64,000 nucleotides of DNA from Azolla caroliniana (GCA_043228905.1 JBHGNT010000011.1:6882001-6946000); one strand, 5' to 3'. Shown: positions 12,788 through 27,260, counted from the first letter of the stretch. Translations and numbers: made by a program. The notes: generated from the sequence alone by a model not told the origin.

Positions 12788-15700
12788 ATGGCGGGAGATG
12801 AACATGCGCGGGAAACGAAAGAGGGCGGCTCGAGGCAAAAGCCACTTTATAAGACATAGGCCTGCGAAGGACTTACTTTTTACGAATTTTCCTACACACA
12901 GGCGCAGAAGCACAGATGAGCGATCCGACGCACAGCGCACACCCAACCCGATCCCGAACAACAGACAACAGAAGAAGAATTCGAAACAATGGTACTATTG
13001 GAGGAGGCACGCCAATGGATGAGGGAGAACGGGTTAAAAGGATTGCTGCGGATCGCCGACGCTCCACCACACGCAGAACCAGAGCAGGCGGCAGCATCGA
13101 TTGATTTATCAGAAATCATGGAAGGAGCGGTGCAAGCGGTCACGAGGATAAAAGCAGGAGGACTCCAAACAATCGAAAACCCTTCAAGTGAAATCCTATT
13201 CGAATATTTCGGTGAGTATTCTATCAGCAGCAAGGCGTACCGAACACAGGGCAGAGAGAACCTGCTGTTCGGAGAAGTGGCCCGCGCCATGATGGAATAC
13301 GGATTCGTGAATCCTCGTCCCCCGGCCATAGCCAAGTACCGGGAAACGTTCTTAATTGCAGCGTACAAAGGGTTACAAGTGGACTGGCTCCATTTCATAA
13401 CCGAAGGATTGAAGGAGGCCATCAAGAATCTTGTGGAAGGAAAAAAGCCATGGGCCGGGATAGCACAATGGCTAACGGTGTTAGTCCCACCGGTGCTCCC
13501 CATCAAACAGAAGAACAGAGGTCGGCAGGAGACAACGCCGAAAAAGGTCACAAAGCGCCGAGATATCCTGGAGAAACACACCCCCGGATGGCCCCAGGAA
13601 GAAGCAGAACAGCGGGGGGAAGGACCATCCCGACAGCAACAGGAACCGGCAACAAAGGCAAAACCGGCAGGAAAAGGCAAAGGGAAATCGGCCGAGGCTG
13701 AACCGGCAGTGCTCAAACCAATCAATATAACGCTGCGACGGCCGGAACCGGAACCAGAGGTCTTTATACAAAAGGTCCGTCTGGTAGCCGCACCGGAGGA
13801 GGAAGCTGAAACAGAAGACTCATCCGAACCACTGGTAAGACTCCCAGCAAGACAAGGTCGGGAGAGACGGGCGAAAGGACCAGCTCCACCAGTTGACAAA
13901 ACTCAGGAGAGGGCGCAAGGACCACCTCCAGTAGCCGAGGCGGAAGCAGTACCGGAACCCGTACCGAGGGAAGCAGCACCGACACCGGTTGTGCCGGACT
14001 TCAGAGAACCAGTCATTCAAGAGAAGAAGAATGAACAAGCGCCGGAGCCAAAGAAAAGGCTGGAAAAACAGCCTGAGTTAAGGAGTAGAAGTGAGCAAGG
14101 CCACCCCGACACAGGAAGCACAAAGCCACAATGGCTGAGATGGCTTTCGGAGCATTTATCGGGAGTAGCGGACCAGTTAGAGGAAGAAGAAACGTGTAGG
14201 CAACATCTGACGCATACAACAACTCAAGAGTTGGCCGCGCTCCGAACACAGATCGAGGAAATGCAAGGGGAGCTGTTGCAGGCAAGGGAAGGAATTCAAC
14301 AAGCACAAGTTGTCATCGAGCCGGTCGGGACAACAAGGAAGCAACCAGAACCGGAACCGGAACCGGTAGCCTTGCAAACCGGCCCTGAGACCGAAAAAAT
14401 AATAGAAACCTTACAAGAGGAGTTAAAGGCTCAGGAGGCATTAAGGGAAAAAGAAAGGGAGCAGTGGAAAGCGGCAGAGGACGACAGACGAAAAATGGAA
14501 GAAGGCCTCCGGAAAGGCCAAGCCACTAATGACCGACTGCAAGAAGAAAAAGAGAAGTTGCAAAAGGAGAAGGATCGACTGCGTCGACATGCCGAGCAGG
14601 AGATAGAACGACTGCAAGAAGAACTCCGACAACATAAGGACCGGGACGACCAGTTAAGAGCTCAGGCAAACCGACGCCTGAAGCAGAAGACAGAGGACTT
14701 CGACCATCTCTACTGAGATCACAAGCAGACCGAGTCGGACAACAAGAAACGGACAACAGACTACGATCGGCAAATAGAGAAGCTGAAAGAACAGCTTAAA
14801 GAGACCCGATTAGATCTGGCTAAGGCAATGGATGAGGTCAGTGCCAAAAAGGAAGCATTGTCGGCGGAAATAACCCAAGCAACGGAGAGAAGGAAGGAAT
14901 TAGAGGCGCTAAGGCAGGAAAAGCTGGATCTGACTAAGATCAGGAATGAAGAAAAGGAAAGATCGACCTTCACGATCAGCAAACTGCAAAGTACCTATGA
15001 AAAGCAGAAAGCAGATTACGAGGCCCAAGCTCAGATAATGGCCGACATTATAAAACGGGCAAGGAAGGAAAAGCAAGAAGCTTATGCGCATGCTAAGGCG
15101 GGGGTTGACCGGATCAAGGTCATCATGTCAGGTTGGAGTACCCGAGCTCAGGCAAGCATCAACGAAAGTACGGAAAAGCTATGGAAGGAGTGGTCACAAC
15201 AAGCAGCCGAGCTGCAGACACTCCGAGCGGATGCCGAGAATCGGAGCAAGACCGGTGACAAGTTCTACAAGATGGATGAAGAAAGTATCGGCACCATTCG
15301 GGAAGAATTGTCGGAGGATTTCTACGCTTTAGCGGAAGAACATCTCAAAGAACTCCGAGGGTTGGTAGAGAGGTTGGATGACGGGCAGCTCGCAACTCAG
15401 TTGGAGTTGGAGAAATACGAGTAGGACCGGTTACGACAGGAAGCCAAGGGAAGAACGACGCCAATCACTATAAGTGAGGGAGAGTGACCGGCTGAAGTTG
15501 AACCAACCGACACCGAACAACCCCGACAAGGAATACCCGAAGAAGAACTTCCGTTCGAAGGAAATCAAGAAGAGCAGGAGCAGACCGATGCCGGAGAAGA
15601 AGAAGAGTTGACACCGGAAGACACCAGAGCAGAGGAAGAAGGCGTACCGAGCCGACCAGTCGAGACCGGAGAAAGCGACACTGGTAACAGAACAGAGCCT

Positions 15701-15904
15701 GGAACGGAGGGAGAACAGGAAGAACCCGGACGAAGCTGTGAGGAAGCACCGGCACCACAGAATCAAGCAGAGCCGGAGCAGCAAATTTTTACGGAACAGC
15801 CAACCCAACCGGAGGTCGGAGACCAGGCAGGCAAGGAACAGGAGGAAGAAGCACCACTTGACACCATCGAGCAGAGTGTGCTCGATATTTTGGAGGAAGA
15901 ATAG
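12788..15904 (+). pseudogene. Extra ORF of gypsy family A, ~1038 codons: globular N-domain, Pro/Glu linker, long coiled coil, acidic tail
   Basis: ORFs 12989-14716, 14828-15424 and 15608-15904 are in one frame; the interrupting TGA/TAG codons are CGA/CAG in copy A3. Confidence 0.85.
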
Positions 15905-18900
15905 GGCCGGGAGTGGATTCGAAGTGCAAGGCACTTTCCCACGGGCGTGCCATGTGTTGACCGGTCAGAAGAGCAAGGACAAGTGGGAAGGCGGAGTCGG
16001 ATCGGATAATAGGAAGTAAATAATAGTATAATTATTATTCGGAGGGACGGATCCAGATCCGGATCCGTCCCGATTCGGATGCCGGTTGCCTAAGCGCATC
16101 GATTGTAACCTTGCCGGATGCCTATAAAAGGATCCGATGATTTGTAAAGGCTTGGACGGAAGTAATACAAAAGTAATTATTGCGTGTTTATCTGTATCTT
16201 TGTATTGTTTACCGTCTATGCTTAATTGTAATCATCTTACGTGTGTAACCTAGCATCCAATCCTTACCACCCCTTTGGAGAAGTGTCGGATAGACACATG
16301 TGTTAAGGCTAGTCCGGCAAGGCAGACCACAGACAACCCACTCCGCATATGAATTGCAATACCCAGGTGTGCACTCGGACTGGATCAGGGTAGTACGGAG
16401 CGAGCAATAATGCCCTAGAAGATGACAGGAGATTAGGCCCGTCCTTCATGCCGTTGCCGGGGATCGAACCCGGGTCACCCGTGTGACAGGCGGGAATAGT
16501 CACCACTATACTACAACGATATGTTGGTGTTAGAGGAAGTATAGTATAGTGGTGAGTCGTACTTGTTCGGATCATGTACCGGAATGTTGAAAACATGGCC
16601 CCAGTGTCGTCGCCAATACATGGTACGTGACGATGTTGGTCCGCATATGAATTGGAAATCCCATGTGTGCACTCGGACGAGATCATGGTAATATAGTTCC
16701 TACCTCACTAACGACCCACTGTACGCCCCTAAGTGTTTTAAAGGAATAAAGAATCCAACAGACCGAGAAAGAATGCCCTAGAAGATGACATGAGATTTGC
16801 CACGCCTTTCGCGCCATTGCCAGGGATCGAACCCGGGTCACCCCCGTGACAGGCGGGAATACTCACCAATATACTACAACTACATATTGGTGTTGGAAGA
16901 TATATCCGCTATACTACTTTCTTCGACCATGTCCCGGAATGTCGAAAATATAGCCCGGCTGCGTCTCCAATGCATGTTATGTGACAATGTTCGTCTGCAT
17001 ATGAACTGGAATACCCATGTGTGCACTAAGACGAGATCATGGTAGTATAGTTCCTCCCTCATTGACGACCCACTGTACACCCCTAAGTGTTTAAAAGGGA
17101 TAGAAAATCGAAGGGACCGAGAAAGAATGCCCTCGAAGATGACATGATATTTCCCACGCCTTTCGCGCCGTTGCCGGGGATCGAACCCGGGTCACCCGCG
17201 TGACACGCGGGAATACTCACCACTATACTACAAAGACATGTTGGCGTTAGAGGACGTGTAGTATGGTGGTGAGTACTACTTGTTCGGGTAATGTACCGGA
17301 ATGTCGAAAACATGGCCCGGAATCGTCGCCAATACATGGTACGGGACGATGTTCGTTCGCATATGAACTGGAATCCGCATGTGTGCACTCAGACGAGATC
17401 ATGGTAATATAGTCCCTCCGTCGCTGACGACCCACAGAACGCACCTAAGTGTGTTAAAGGGATAGAGAATGGAATGGACCAAGAAAGAATGCCCTCGAAG
17501 ATCACATGAGATTTGCCACGCCTTTCGTGCCGTTGCCGGGGATCGAACCCAGGTCCACCGCGTGACAGGCGGGAATACTCACAACTATACTACAATGATA
17601 AGTCGGTGTTGGAGAAAGTGTCCTTTGTACTACTTGTTTGGATCATGTACCGGAATGTCGAAAACATGGCCCGGTTTCGTCGCCAATGCATGTTATGTGA
17701 CGATATTCGTGCGCATATGAACTGGAATACCCATGTGTGCACTCGGACAAGATCATGGTAATATAGTCCCTCCCTCGCTAACAACCCACCGTACGCCCCT
17801 AAGTGTTTCAAAGGGAAAGGAAATCCAGCAGACCGAGAAAGAATGCCCTCGAAGATGACATGAGATTTGCCACGCCTTTCGCACCGTTGACGGGGATCGA
17901 ACCCGGTTGACCCGCGTTACAGGCGGGAATACTGACCACTATACTACAACGACATGTTGGTGTTGGAGCAAGTGTAGTATAGTGGTAAGTACTACTTGTT
18001 TGGAGTATGGACCCTCTCTCCTTAACAAGCCATTACGCATATGTACTGCAATACCCAGGTGTGCACTCGGACTGCCTCATTGTAGTATGGACCCTCTCTC
18101 ATTCACAACCCATTGTACGCACCCAAGCATTTGAAAGTGATAGAGAACCCAACGGAGCGAGCAACAATGCCCTAGAAGATGACATGAGATATGCCCCGTC
18201 CTTCACGCCGTTCCCGGGGATCTAACCCGTGTCACCCGCGTGACAGGCGGGAATACTCACCACTATACTACAACGACATGTTGGTGTTGGTGAAAGTATA
18301 GTATAGTGGTGACTACTAGTTCGGATGTTGTACCGGAATGTCAAAAACATGGCCCGGTGTGATCGCCGATGTTCGTCCGCATATGAATTGGAATACCCAT
18401 GTGTGCACTCGGACGAGATCATGGTAATATAGTCCCTCCCTCGCTGAAGAACTACTGTACGCCCCTAAGTGTTTTAAAGGGATAGAGAATCCAACGGACC
18501 GAGAAAGAATGCCCTCAAAGATGACATGAGATTTGCCACGACTTTCGCGCCGTTGCCGCAGATAGAACCCGGGTTACCCGCGTGGCAGGCGGGAATACTC
18601 ACCACTATACTACAACTACATATTGGTGTTGGAGGATATATCCGCTATACTACTTTCTTCGACCATGTCCCGGAATGTCGAAAATATAGCCCGGTTGCGT
18701 CTCCAATGCAGGTTATGTGACAATGTTCGTCCGCATATGAATTGGAATACCCATGTGTGAACTCGGACGAGATCATGGTAGTATAATCCCTCCCTCGCTG
18801 AAGACCCACTGTACACCCCTAAGTGTTTAAAATGGATAAAGAATCCAACGGACCGAGGAAGGATGCCCTCGAAGATGACATGATATTTCCCACGCCTTTC

Positions 18901-21252
18901 ACGCCGTTGCCGGGGATCGAACCCGGGTCACCCTTGTGACAGGCGGGAATACTCACCACTATACTACAACTACATGTTGGTGTTAAAGGAAATGTAGTAT
19001 GGTGGTGAGTACTACTTGTTCGGATCATGTACCGGAATGTCGAAAACATGGCCCGGTGTCGTCGCCAATACATGGTACGGGATGATGTTCATCCACATAT
19101 GAACTGGAATCCCCATGTGTGCACTCAGACGAGACCATGGTAATATAGTCCCTCCCTCGCTGACGACCCACAGTACGCCCCTAACTGTTTGAAAGGGATA
19201 GAGAATGCCATAGACCCAGAAAGAATGCCCTCGAAGATGACATGAGATTTGCCACGCCTTTCGTGCCGGTGCCGGGGATCGAACCCAGGTCACCTGCGTG
19301 ACAGGCGGGAATACTCACCACTATACTACAATGATAAGTGGGTGTTGAAGAAAGTATCCTTTGTATTACTTGTTCGGATCATTTGCCGGGATGTCGAGAA
19401 CATGGCCCGGTTTCGTCGCCAATGCCTGTTATGTGACGATGTTCGTGCGTATATGAACTAGAATACCCATGTGTGCACTCGCACGAGATCATGGTAATAG
19501 AGTCCCTCCCTCGCTAACAACCCACTGAACGCCCCTAAGTGTTTTAAAGGAATAGAGAATACAACAGACCGAGAAAGAATGCCCTCGAAGATGACATGAG
19601 CTTTGCCACGCCTTTCGCGCCGTTGCCGGGGATCAAACCCAAGTAACCCGCGTGACAGGCGGGAATACTCACCACTATACTACAACGACATGTTGGTGTT
19701 AGTGAAAGTATAGTATGGTGGTGAGTACTGGTTCGGATCATGTACCAGAATGTCAAAAACATGGCCCGGTGTCGTCGCCAATACATGGTACGTGACGATG
19801 TTCGTCCGCATATGAACTAGAATACTCATGTGTGCACTCGGACGAGATCTTGGTAATATAGTCCATCCCTCGCATACGACCCACTTTACGCCCCTAAGTG
19901 TTTTAAGGGAATAGAGAATGCAACATACCGAGAAAGAATGCCCTCGAAGATGACTTGACATTTTCCACGCCTTACGCTCTGGTTCCGGGGATCGAACCCG
20001 GGTCACCCGCGTCACAGGCGAGAACACTCACCAATATACTACAACGACATGTTGGTGTTGGAGGAAGTGTATTATAGTGGTGAGTACTACTTGTTTGGAG
20101 TATGGACCCTCTCTCGTTAACAAGCCATTCCGCATATGAACTCCAACACCCAGGTGTGCACTCGGACTGCCTCATGCTAGTATGGACCCTCTCTCATTCA
20201 CAACCCACTATACACCCCCAAGCGTTTAAAACTGATAGAGAATCGAACGGAGCGAGCAACAATGCCCTAGAAGATCACAGGAGATTTGCCCCATCCTTCA
20301 CGCTGTTGACGGGGATCGAACCCGGGTCACTCGTGTGACAGGCGGGAATACTCACCACTATACTACAAGGACATGTTTGTGTTGGAAGAAGTGTAGTATA
20401 GTGGTGAGTACTACTTGTTTGGACTATGGACCCTCTCGGACGAGATCATGGTAGTATAGTCCCTACCTCGCTAATAACCCACTGAACGCCCCTAAGTGTT
20501 TTAAAGGGATAGAGAATCCAACGGACTCACAAAGAATGCCTTCGAAGATGACATGAGATTTGCCACGCCTTTCGCGCCGTTGCCGGGGTTCGAACCCGGG
20601 TCACCCGCGTGACAGGCGGGAATACTCACCACTATACTACAACGACATGTTGGGGTTGGAAGAAGTGTAGTATAATGGTGAGTACTACATGTTTGGTGGA
20701 CCCTGTCTCGTTAACAAGCCCTTCCGCATATGAACTGCAATACCCAGGTGTGCACTCGGACTGCCTCATGGTAGTATGGACCCTCTCTCATTCACAACCC
20801 ACTAAACGCCCCCAAGCGTTTGAAAGTGATAGAGAATCCAACGGAGCGAGGAACAATACCATAGAAGATGACAGGACATTTGCCCCGTGCTTCACGCCGT
20901 TGCAGGGGATCGAACCCGGGTCACCCGCGTGACAGGCGGAAATACTCACCACTATACTACAACGACATGTTGGTGTTGGCGAAAGTATAGTATAGTAGTG
21001 AGTACTAGTTCGGATCATGTACCGGAATGTCGAAAACATGGCCCGATGTCGTCGCCAATACATGGTACGTGACAAGTTCGTCCGCATATGAACTGGAATA
21101 CCCATGTGTGCACTCGGACAAGATCATGATAATATAGTCCCTCCCTCGCTGACGACCCACTGTACGCCCCTAAGTGTTTTAAAGGGATTGAGAATCCAAC
21201 GGACCAAGAAAATATGCCCTCAAAAATGACATTAGATGTACCACACCTTTCG

Positions 21253-21324
21253 CGCCGTTGCCGGGGATCGAACCCGGGTCACCCGCGTGACAGGCGGGAA
21301 TACTCACCACTATACTACAACGAC
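21253..21324 (-). tRNA. trnD-GTC: tRNA-Asp(GUC), intact
   Basis: Perfect match to array consensus. Confidence 0.93.
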
Positions 21325-22875
21325 ATGTTGGTGTTGGTTAAAGTATAGTATAGTGGTGAGTACTAGTTCGGATCATGTACCGTAATGTCGAAAACATGGC
21401 CCGGTGTCGTCGCCAATACATGGTATGTGACGATGTTCGTCCGCATATGAACTGGAATACCCATGTGTGCACTCGGACGAGAGCTTGGTAATATAGTCCA
21501 TCCCTCGCGGACGACCCACTTTACACCCCTAAGTGTTTTAAGGGGATAGAGAATGCAACATACCCAGAAAGAATGACTTGACATTTGCCACGCCTTTTGC
21601 TCTGGTTCCGGGGATCGAACCCGGGTCACCCGCGTGACAGGCGAGAACACTCACCAATATACTACAACGACATGTTGGTGTTGGAGGAAGTGTATTATAG
21701 TGGTGAGTACTACTTGTTTGGAGTATGGACCCTCTCTCGTTAACAAGCCATTCCGCATATGAACTCCAACACCCAGGTGTGCACTCGGACTGCCTCATGC
21801 TAGTATGGACCCTCTCTCATTCACAACCCACTATACACCCCCAAGCGTTTAAAACTGATAGAGAATCGAACGGAGCGAGCAACAATGCCCTAGAAGATCA
21901 CAGGAGATTTGCCCCATCCTTCACGCTGTTGACGGGGATCGAACCCGGGTCACTCGCGTGACAGGCGGGAATACTCACCACTATACTACAAGGACATGTT
22001 TGTGTTGGAAGAAGTGTAGTATAGTGGTGAGTACTACTTGTTTGGATTATGGACCCTCTCGGACGAGATCATGGTAGTATAGTCCCTACCTCGCTAATAA
22101 CCCACTGAACGCCCCTAAGTGTTTTAAAGGGATAGAGAATCCAACGGACTCACAAAGAATGCCTTCGAAGATGACATGAGATTTGCCACGCCTTTCGCGC
22201 CGTTGCCGGGGTTCGAACCCGGGTCACCCGCGTGACAGGCGGGAATACTCACCACTATACTACAACGACATGTTGGGGTTGGAAGAAGTGTAGTATAATC
22301 GTGACTACTACATGTTTGGTGGACCCTGTCTCGTTAACAAGCCATTCCGCATATGAACTGCAATACCCAGGTGTGCACTCGGACTGCCTCATGGTAGTAT
22401 GGACCCTCTCTCATTCACAACCCACTAAACGCCCCCAAGCGTTTGAAAGTGATAGAGAATCCAACGGAGCGAGGAACAATACCATAGAAGATGACAGGAC
22501 ATTTGCCCCGTGCTTCACGCCGTTGCAGGGGATCGAACCCGGGTCACCCGCGTGACAGGCGGAAATACTCACCACTATACTACAATGACATGTTGGTGTT
22601 GGCGAAAGTATAGTATAGTAGTGAGTACTAGTTCGGATCATGTACCGGAATGTCGAAAACATGGCCCGATGTCGTCGCCAATACATGGTACGTGACAAGT
22701 TCGTCCGCATATGAACTGGAATACCCATGTGTGCACTCGGACAAGATCATGATAATATAGTCCCTCCCTCGCTGACGACCCACTGTACGCCCCTAAGTGT
22801 TTTAAAGGGATTGAGAATCCAACGGACCAAGAAAATATGCCCTCAAAAATGACATTAGATGTACCACACCTTTCG

Positions 22876-22947
22876 CGCCGTTGCCGGGGATCGAACCCGG
22901 GTCACCCGCGTGACAGGCGGGAATACTCACCACTATACTACAACGAC
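22876..22947 (-). tRNA. trnD-GTC: tRNA-Asp(GUC), intact
   Basis: Perfect match to array consensus. Confidence 0.93.
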
Positions 22948-23904
22948 ATGTTGGTGTTGGTTAAAGTATAGTATAGTGGTGAGTACTAGTTCGGATCATG
23001 TACCGTAATGTCGAAAACATGGCCCGGTGTCGTCGCCAATACATGGTATGTGACGATGTTCGTCCGCATATGAACTGGAATACCCATGTGTGCACTCGGA
23101 CGAGAGCTTGGTAATATAGTCCATCCCTCGCGGACGACCCACTTTACACCCCTAAGTGTTTTAAGGGGATAGAGAATGCAACATACCCAGAAAGAATGAC
23201 TTGACATTTGCCACGCCTTTTGCTCTGGTTCCGGGGATCGAACCCGGGTCACCCGCGTGACAGGCGAGAACACTCACCAATATACTACAACGACATGTTG
23301 GTGTTGGAGGAAGTGTATTATAGTGGTGAGTACTACTTGTTTGGAGTCTGGACCCTCTCTCGTTAACAAGCCATTCCGCATATGAACTCCAACACCCAGG
23401 TGTGCACCCGGACTGCCTCATGCTAGTATGGACCCTCTCTCATTCACAACCCACTATACACCCCCAAGCATTTGAAAGTGATAGAGAATCGAACGGAGCG
23501 AGCAACAATGCCCTAGAAGATGACAGGAGATTTGCCCCGTCCTTCACGCCGTTGCCGGGGATCGAACCCGGGTCACCCGCGTGACAGGCGGGAATACTCA
23601 CCACTATACTACAACGAAATGTTGGTGTTGGTGAAAGTATAGTATAGTGGTGAGTACTAGTTCGGATCATGTACCGGAATGTCGAAAACATGACCCGGTG
23701 TCGTCGCCAATACATGGTACGTGACAAGTTCGTCTGCATATGAACTGGAATACCCATGTGTGCAATCGGACGAGATCATGGTAATATAGTCCCTCCCTCG
23801 CTGACGACCCACTATATGCCCCTAAGTGTTTTAAAGGGATAGAGAATCCAACGGACCGAGAAAGAATGCCCTCGAAGATGACATGAGATTTGCCACGCAT
23901 TTCG

Positions 23905-23976
23905 CGCCGTTGCCGGGGATCGAACCCGGGTCACCCGCGTGACAGGCGGGAATACTCACCACTATACTACAACGAC
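23905..23976 (-). tRNA. trnD-GTC: tRNA-Asp(GUC), intact
   Basis: Perfect match to array consensus. Confidence 0.93.
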
Positions 23977-25549
23977 ATGTTGGTATTGGTGAAGGTATAG
24001 TATAGTGGTGGGTACTAGTTCGGATCATGTACCGTAATGTCGAAAACATGGCCCGGTGTCGTCGCCAATACATGGTACGTGACGATGTTCGTCCGCATAT
24101 GAACTAGAATACTCATGTGTGCACTCGGATGAGATCTTGGTAATATAGTCCATCCCTCGCATACGACCCACTTTACGCCCCTAAGTGTTTTAAGGGAATA
24201 GAGAATGCAACATACCGAGAAAGAATGCCCTCGAAGATGACTTGACATTTTCCACGCCTTTCGCTCTGGTTCCGGGGATCGAACCCGGGTCACCCGCGTG
24301 ACAGGCGAGAACACTCACCAATATACTACAACGACATGTTGGTGTTGGAGGAAGTGTATTATAGTGGTGAGTACTACTTGTTTGGAGTATGGACCCTCTT
24401 TCGTTCACAAGCCATTCCGCATATGAACTCCAACACCCAGGTGTGCACTCGGACTGCCTCATGCTAATATGGACCCTCTCTCATTCACAACCCACTATAC
24501 ACCCCCAAGCGTTTAAAAGTGATAGAGAATCGAACGGAGCGAGCAACTGTTACAATGCCCTAGAAGATGACAGGAGATTTGCCCCGTCCTTCACGCCGTT
24601 GCCGGGGATCGAACCCGGGTCACTCGCGTGACAGGCGGGAATACTCACCACTATACTACAACGACATGTTGGTGTTGGAAGAAGTGTAGTATACTGGTGA
24701 GTCCTACTTGTTTGGACTATGGACCCTCTCGAACGAGATCATGGTAGTATAGTCCCTCCCTAGCTAACAACCCACTGAACGCCCCTAAGTGTTTTAAAGG
24801 GATAGAGAATCCAACGGACCGACAAAGAATGCCCTCGAAGATGACATGAGATTTGCCACGCCTTTCGCGCCGTTGCCGGGGTTCGAACCCGGGTCACCCG
24901 CGTGACAGGCGGGAATACTCACCACTATACTACAACGACATGTTGGTGTTTGAAGAAGTGTAGTATAATGGTGAGTACTACTTGTTTGAACTATGGACCC
25001 TCTCTCGTTAACAAGCCATTCCGCATATGAACTGCAATACCTAGGTGTGCACTCGGACTGCCTCATGCTAGTATGGACCCTCTCTCATTCACAACCCACT
25101 ATACGCCCCCAAGAGTTTGAAAGTGATAGAGAATCCAACGGAGCGAGGAACAATACCCTAGAAGATGACAGGACATTTGCCCCGTGCTTCACGCCGTTGC
25201 AGGGGATCGAACCCGGGTCACCCGCGTGACAGGCGGAAATACTCACCACTATACTACAACGACATGTTGGTGTTGGCGAAAGTATAGTATAGTAGTGAGT
25301 ACTAGTTCGGATCATGTACCGGAATGTCGAAAACATGGCCCGGTGTTGTCGCCAATACATGGTACGTGACAAGTTCGTCCGCATATGAACTGGAATACCC
25401 ATGTGTGCACTCGGACGAGATCATGGTAATATAGTCCCTCCCTCGCTGACGACCCACTGTACGCCCCTAAGTGTTTTAAAGGGATTGAGAATCCAACGGA
25501 CCAAGAAAATATGCCCTCAAAAATGACATGAGATTTGCCACACCTTTCG

Positions 25550-25621
25550 CGCCGTTGCCGGGGATCGAACCCGGGTCACCCGCGTGACAGGCGGGAATAC
25601 TCACCACTATACTACAACGAC
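25550..25621 (-). tRNA. trnD-GTC: tRNA-Asp(GUC), intact
   Basis: Perfect match to array consensus. Confidence 0.93.
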
Positions 25622-27188
25622 ATGTTGGTGTTGGTTAAAGTATAGTATAGTGGTGAGTATTAGTTCGGATCATGTACCGTAATGTTGAAAACATGGCCCG
25701 CTGTCGTCGCCAATACATGGTACGTGACGATGTTCGTCCGCATATGAACTAGAATACTCATGTGTGCACTCGGACGAGATCTTGGTAATATAGTCCATCC
25801 CTCGCATACGACCCACTTTACGCCCCTAAGTGTTTTAAGGGAATAGAGAATGCAACTTACCGAGAAAGAATGCCCTCGAAGATGACTTGACATTTTCCAC
25901 GCCTTTCGCTCTGGTTCCGGGGATCGAACCCGGGTCACCCGCGTGACAGGCGAGAACACTCACCAATATACTACAACGACATGTTGGTGTTGGAGGAAGT
26001 GTATTATAGTGGTGAGTACTACTTGTTTGGAGTATGGACCCTCTCTCGTTAACAAGCCATTCCGCATATGAACTCCAACACCCAGGTGTGCACTTGGACT
26101 GCCTCATGCTAGTATGGACCCTCTCTCATTCACAACCCACTATACACCCCCAAGCGTTTAAAACTGATAGAGAATCGAACGGAGCGAGCAACAATGCCCT
26201 AGAAGATCACAGGAGATTTGCCCCATCCTTCACGCTGTTGACGGGGATCGAACCCGGGTCACTCGCGTGACAGGCGGGAATACTCACCACTATACTACAA
26301 TGACATGTTGGTGTTGGAAGAAGTGTAGTATAGTGGTGAGTACTACTTGTTTGGACTATGGACCCTCTCGGACGAGATCATGGTAGTATAGTCCCTCCCT
26401 CGCTAACAACCCACTGAACGCCCCTAAGTGTTTTAAAGGGATAGAGAATCCAACGGACCGACAAAGAATGCCCTCGAAGATGACATGAGACTTGCCACGG
26501 CTTTCGCGCCGTTGCCGGGGTTCGAACCTGGGTCACCCGCGTGACAGGCGCGAATACTCACCACTATACTACAACGACATGTTGGGGTTGGAAGAAGTGT
26601 AGTATAATGGTGAGTACTACTTGTTTGGACTATGGACCCTCTCTCGTTAACAAGCCATTCCGCATATGAACTGCAATACCCAGGTGTGCACTCGGACTGC
26701 CTCATGGTAGTATGGACCCTCTCTCATTCACAACCCACTAAACGCCCCCAAGCGTTTGAAAGTGATAGAGAATCTAACGGAGCGAGGAACAATACCCTAG
26801 AAGATGACAGGACATTTGCCCCGTGCTTCACGCCGTTGCAGGGGCTCGAACCCGGGTCACCCGCATGACAGGCGGAAATACTCACCACTATACTACAACG
26901 ACATGTTGGTGTTGGCGAAAGTATAGTATAGTAGTGAGTACTAGTTCGGATCATGTAACGGAATGTCGAAAACATGGCCCGGTGTCGTCGCCAATACATG
27001 GTACGTGACAAGTTCGTCCGCATATGAACTGGAATACCCATGTGTGCACTCGGACAAGATCATGATAATATAGTCCCTCCCTCGCTGACGACCCACTGTA
27101 CGCCCCTAAGTGTTTTAAAGGGATTGAGAATCCAACGGACCAAGAAAATATGCCCTCAAAAATGACATGAGATTTGCCACACCTTTCG

Positions 27189-27260
27189 CGCCGTTGCCGG
27201 GGATCGAACCCGGGTCACCCGCGTGACAGGCGGGAATACTCACCACTATACTACAACGAC
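27189..27260 (-). tRNA. trnD-GTC: tRNA-Asp(GUC), intact
   Basis: Perfect match to array consensus. Confidence 0.93.

Larger units (their letters stand above)
11943..16331 (+). mobile_element. Gypsy family A copy A2, 5'-truncated (integrase C-terminus, eORF, 3' LTR)
   Basis: Starts abruptly at EFQIPSLRIQ inside integrase; 3' LTR 15955-16331; no 5' LTR. Confidence 0.92.

Noticed and set aside
12892-13899. Long antisense ORFs (335 aa here; 309 aa at 3923-4852)
   Set aside because: Shadows of the sense retroelement ORFs; not kept open in sister copies where these can be compared
12989-15904. Host myosin/SMC-like gene or retroviral env
   Set aside because: Lies inside LTR-bounded copies; the coiled-coil resemblance is generic and no signal peptide or transmembrane segment was seen
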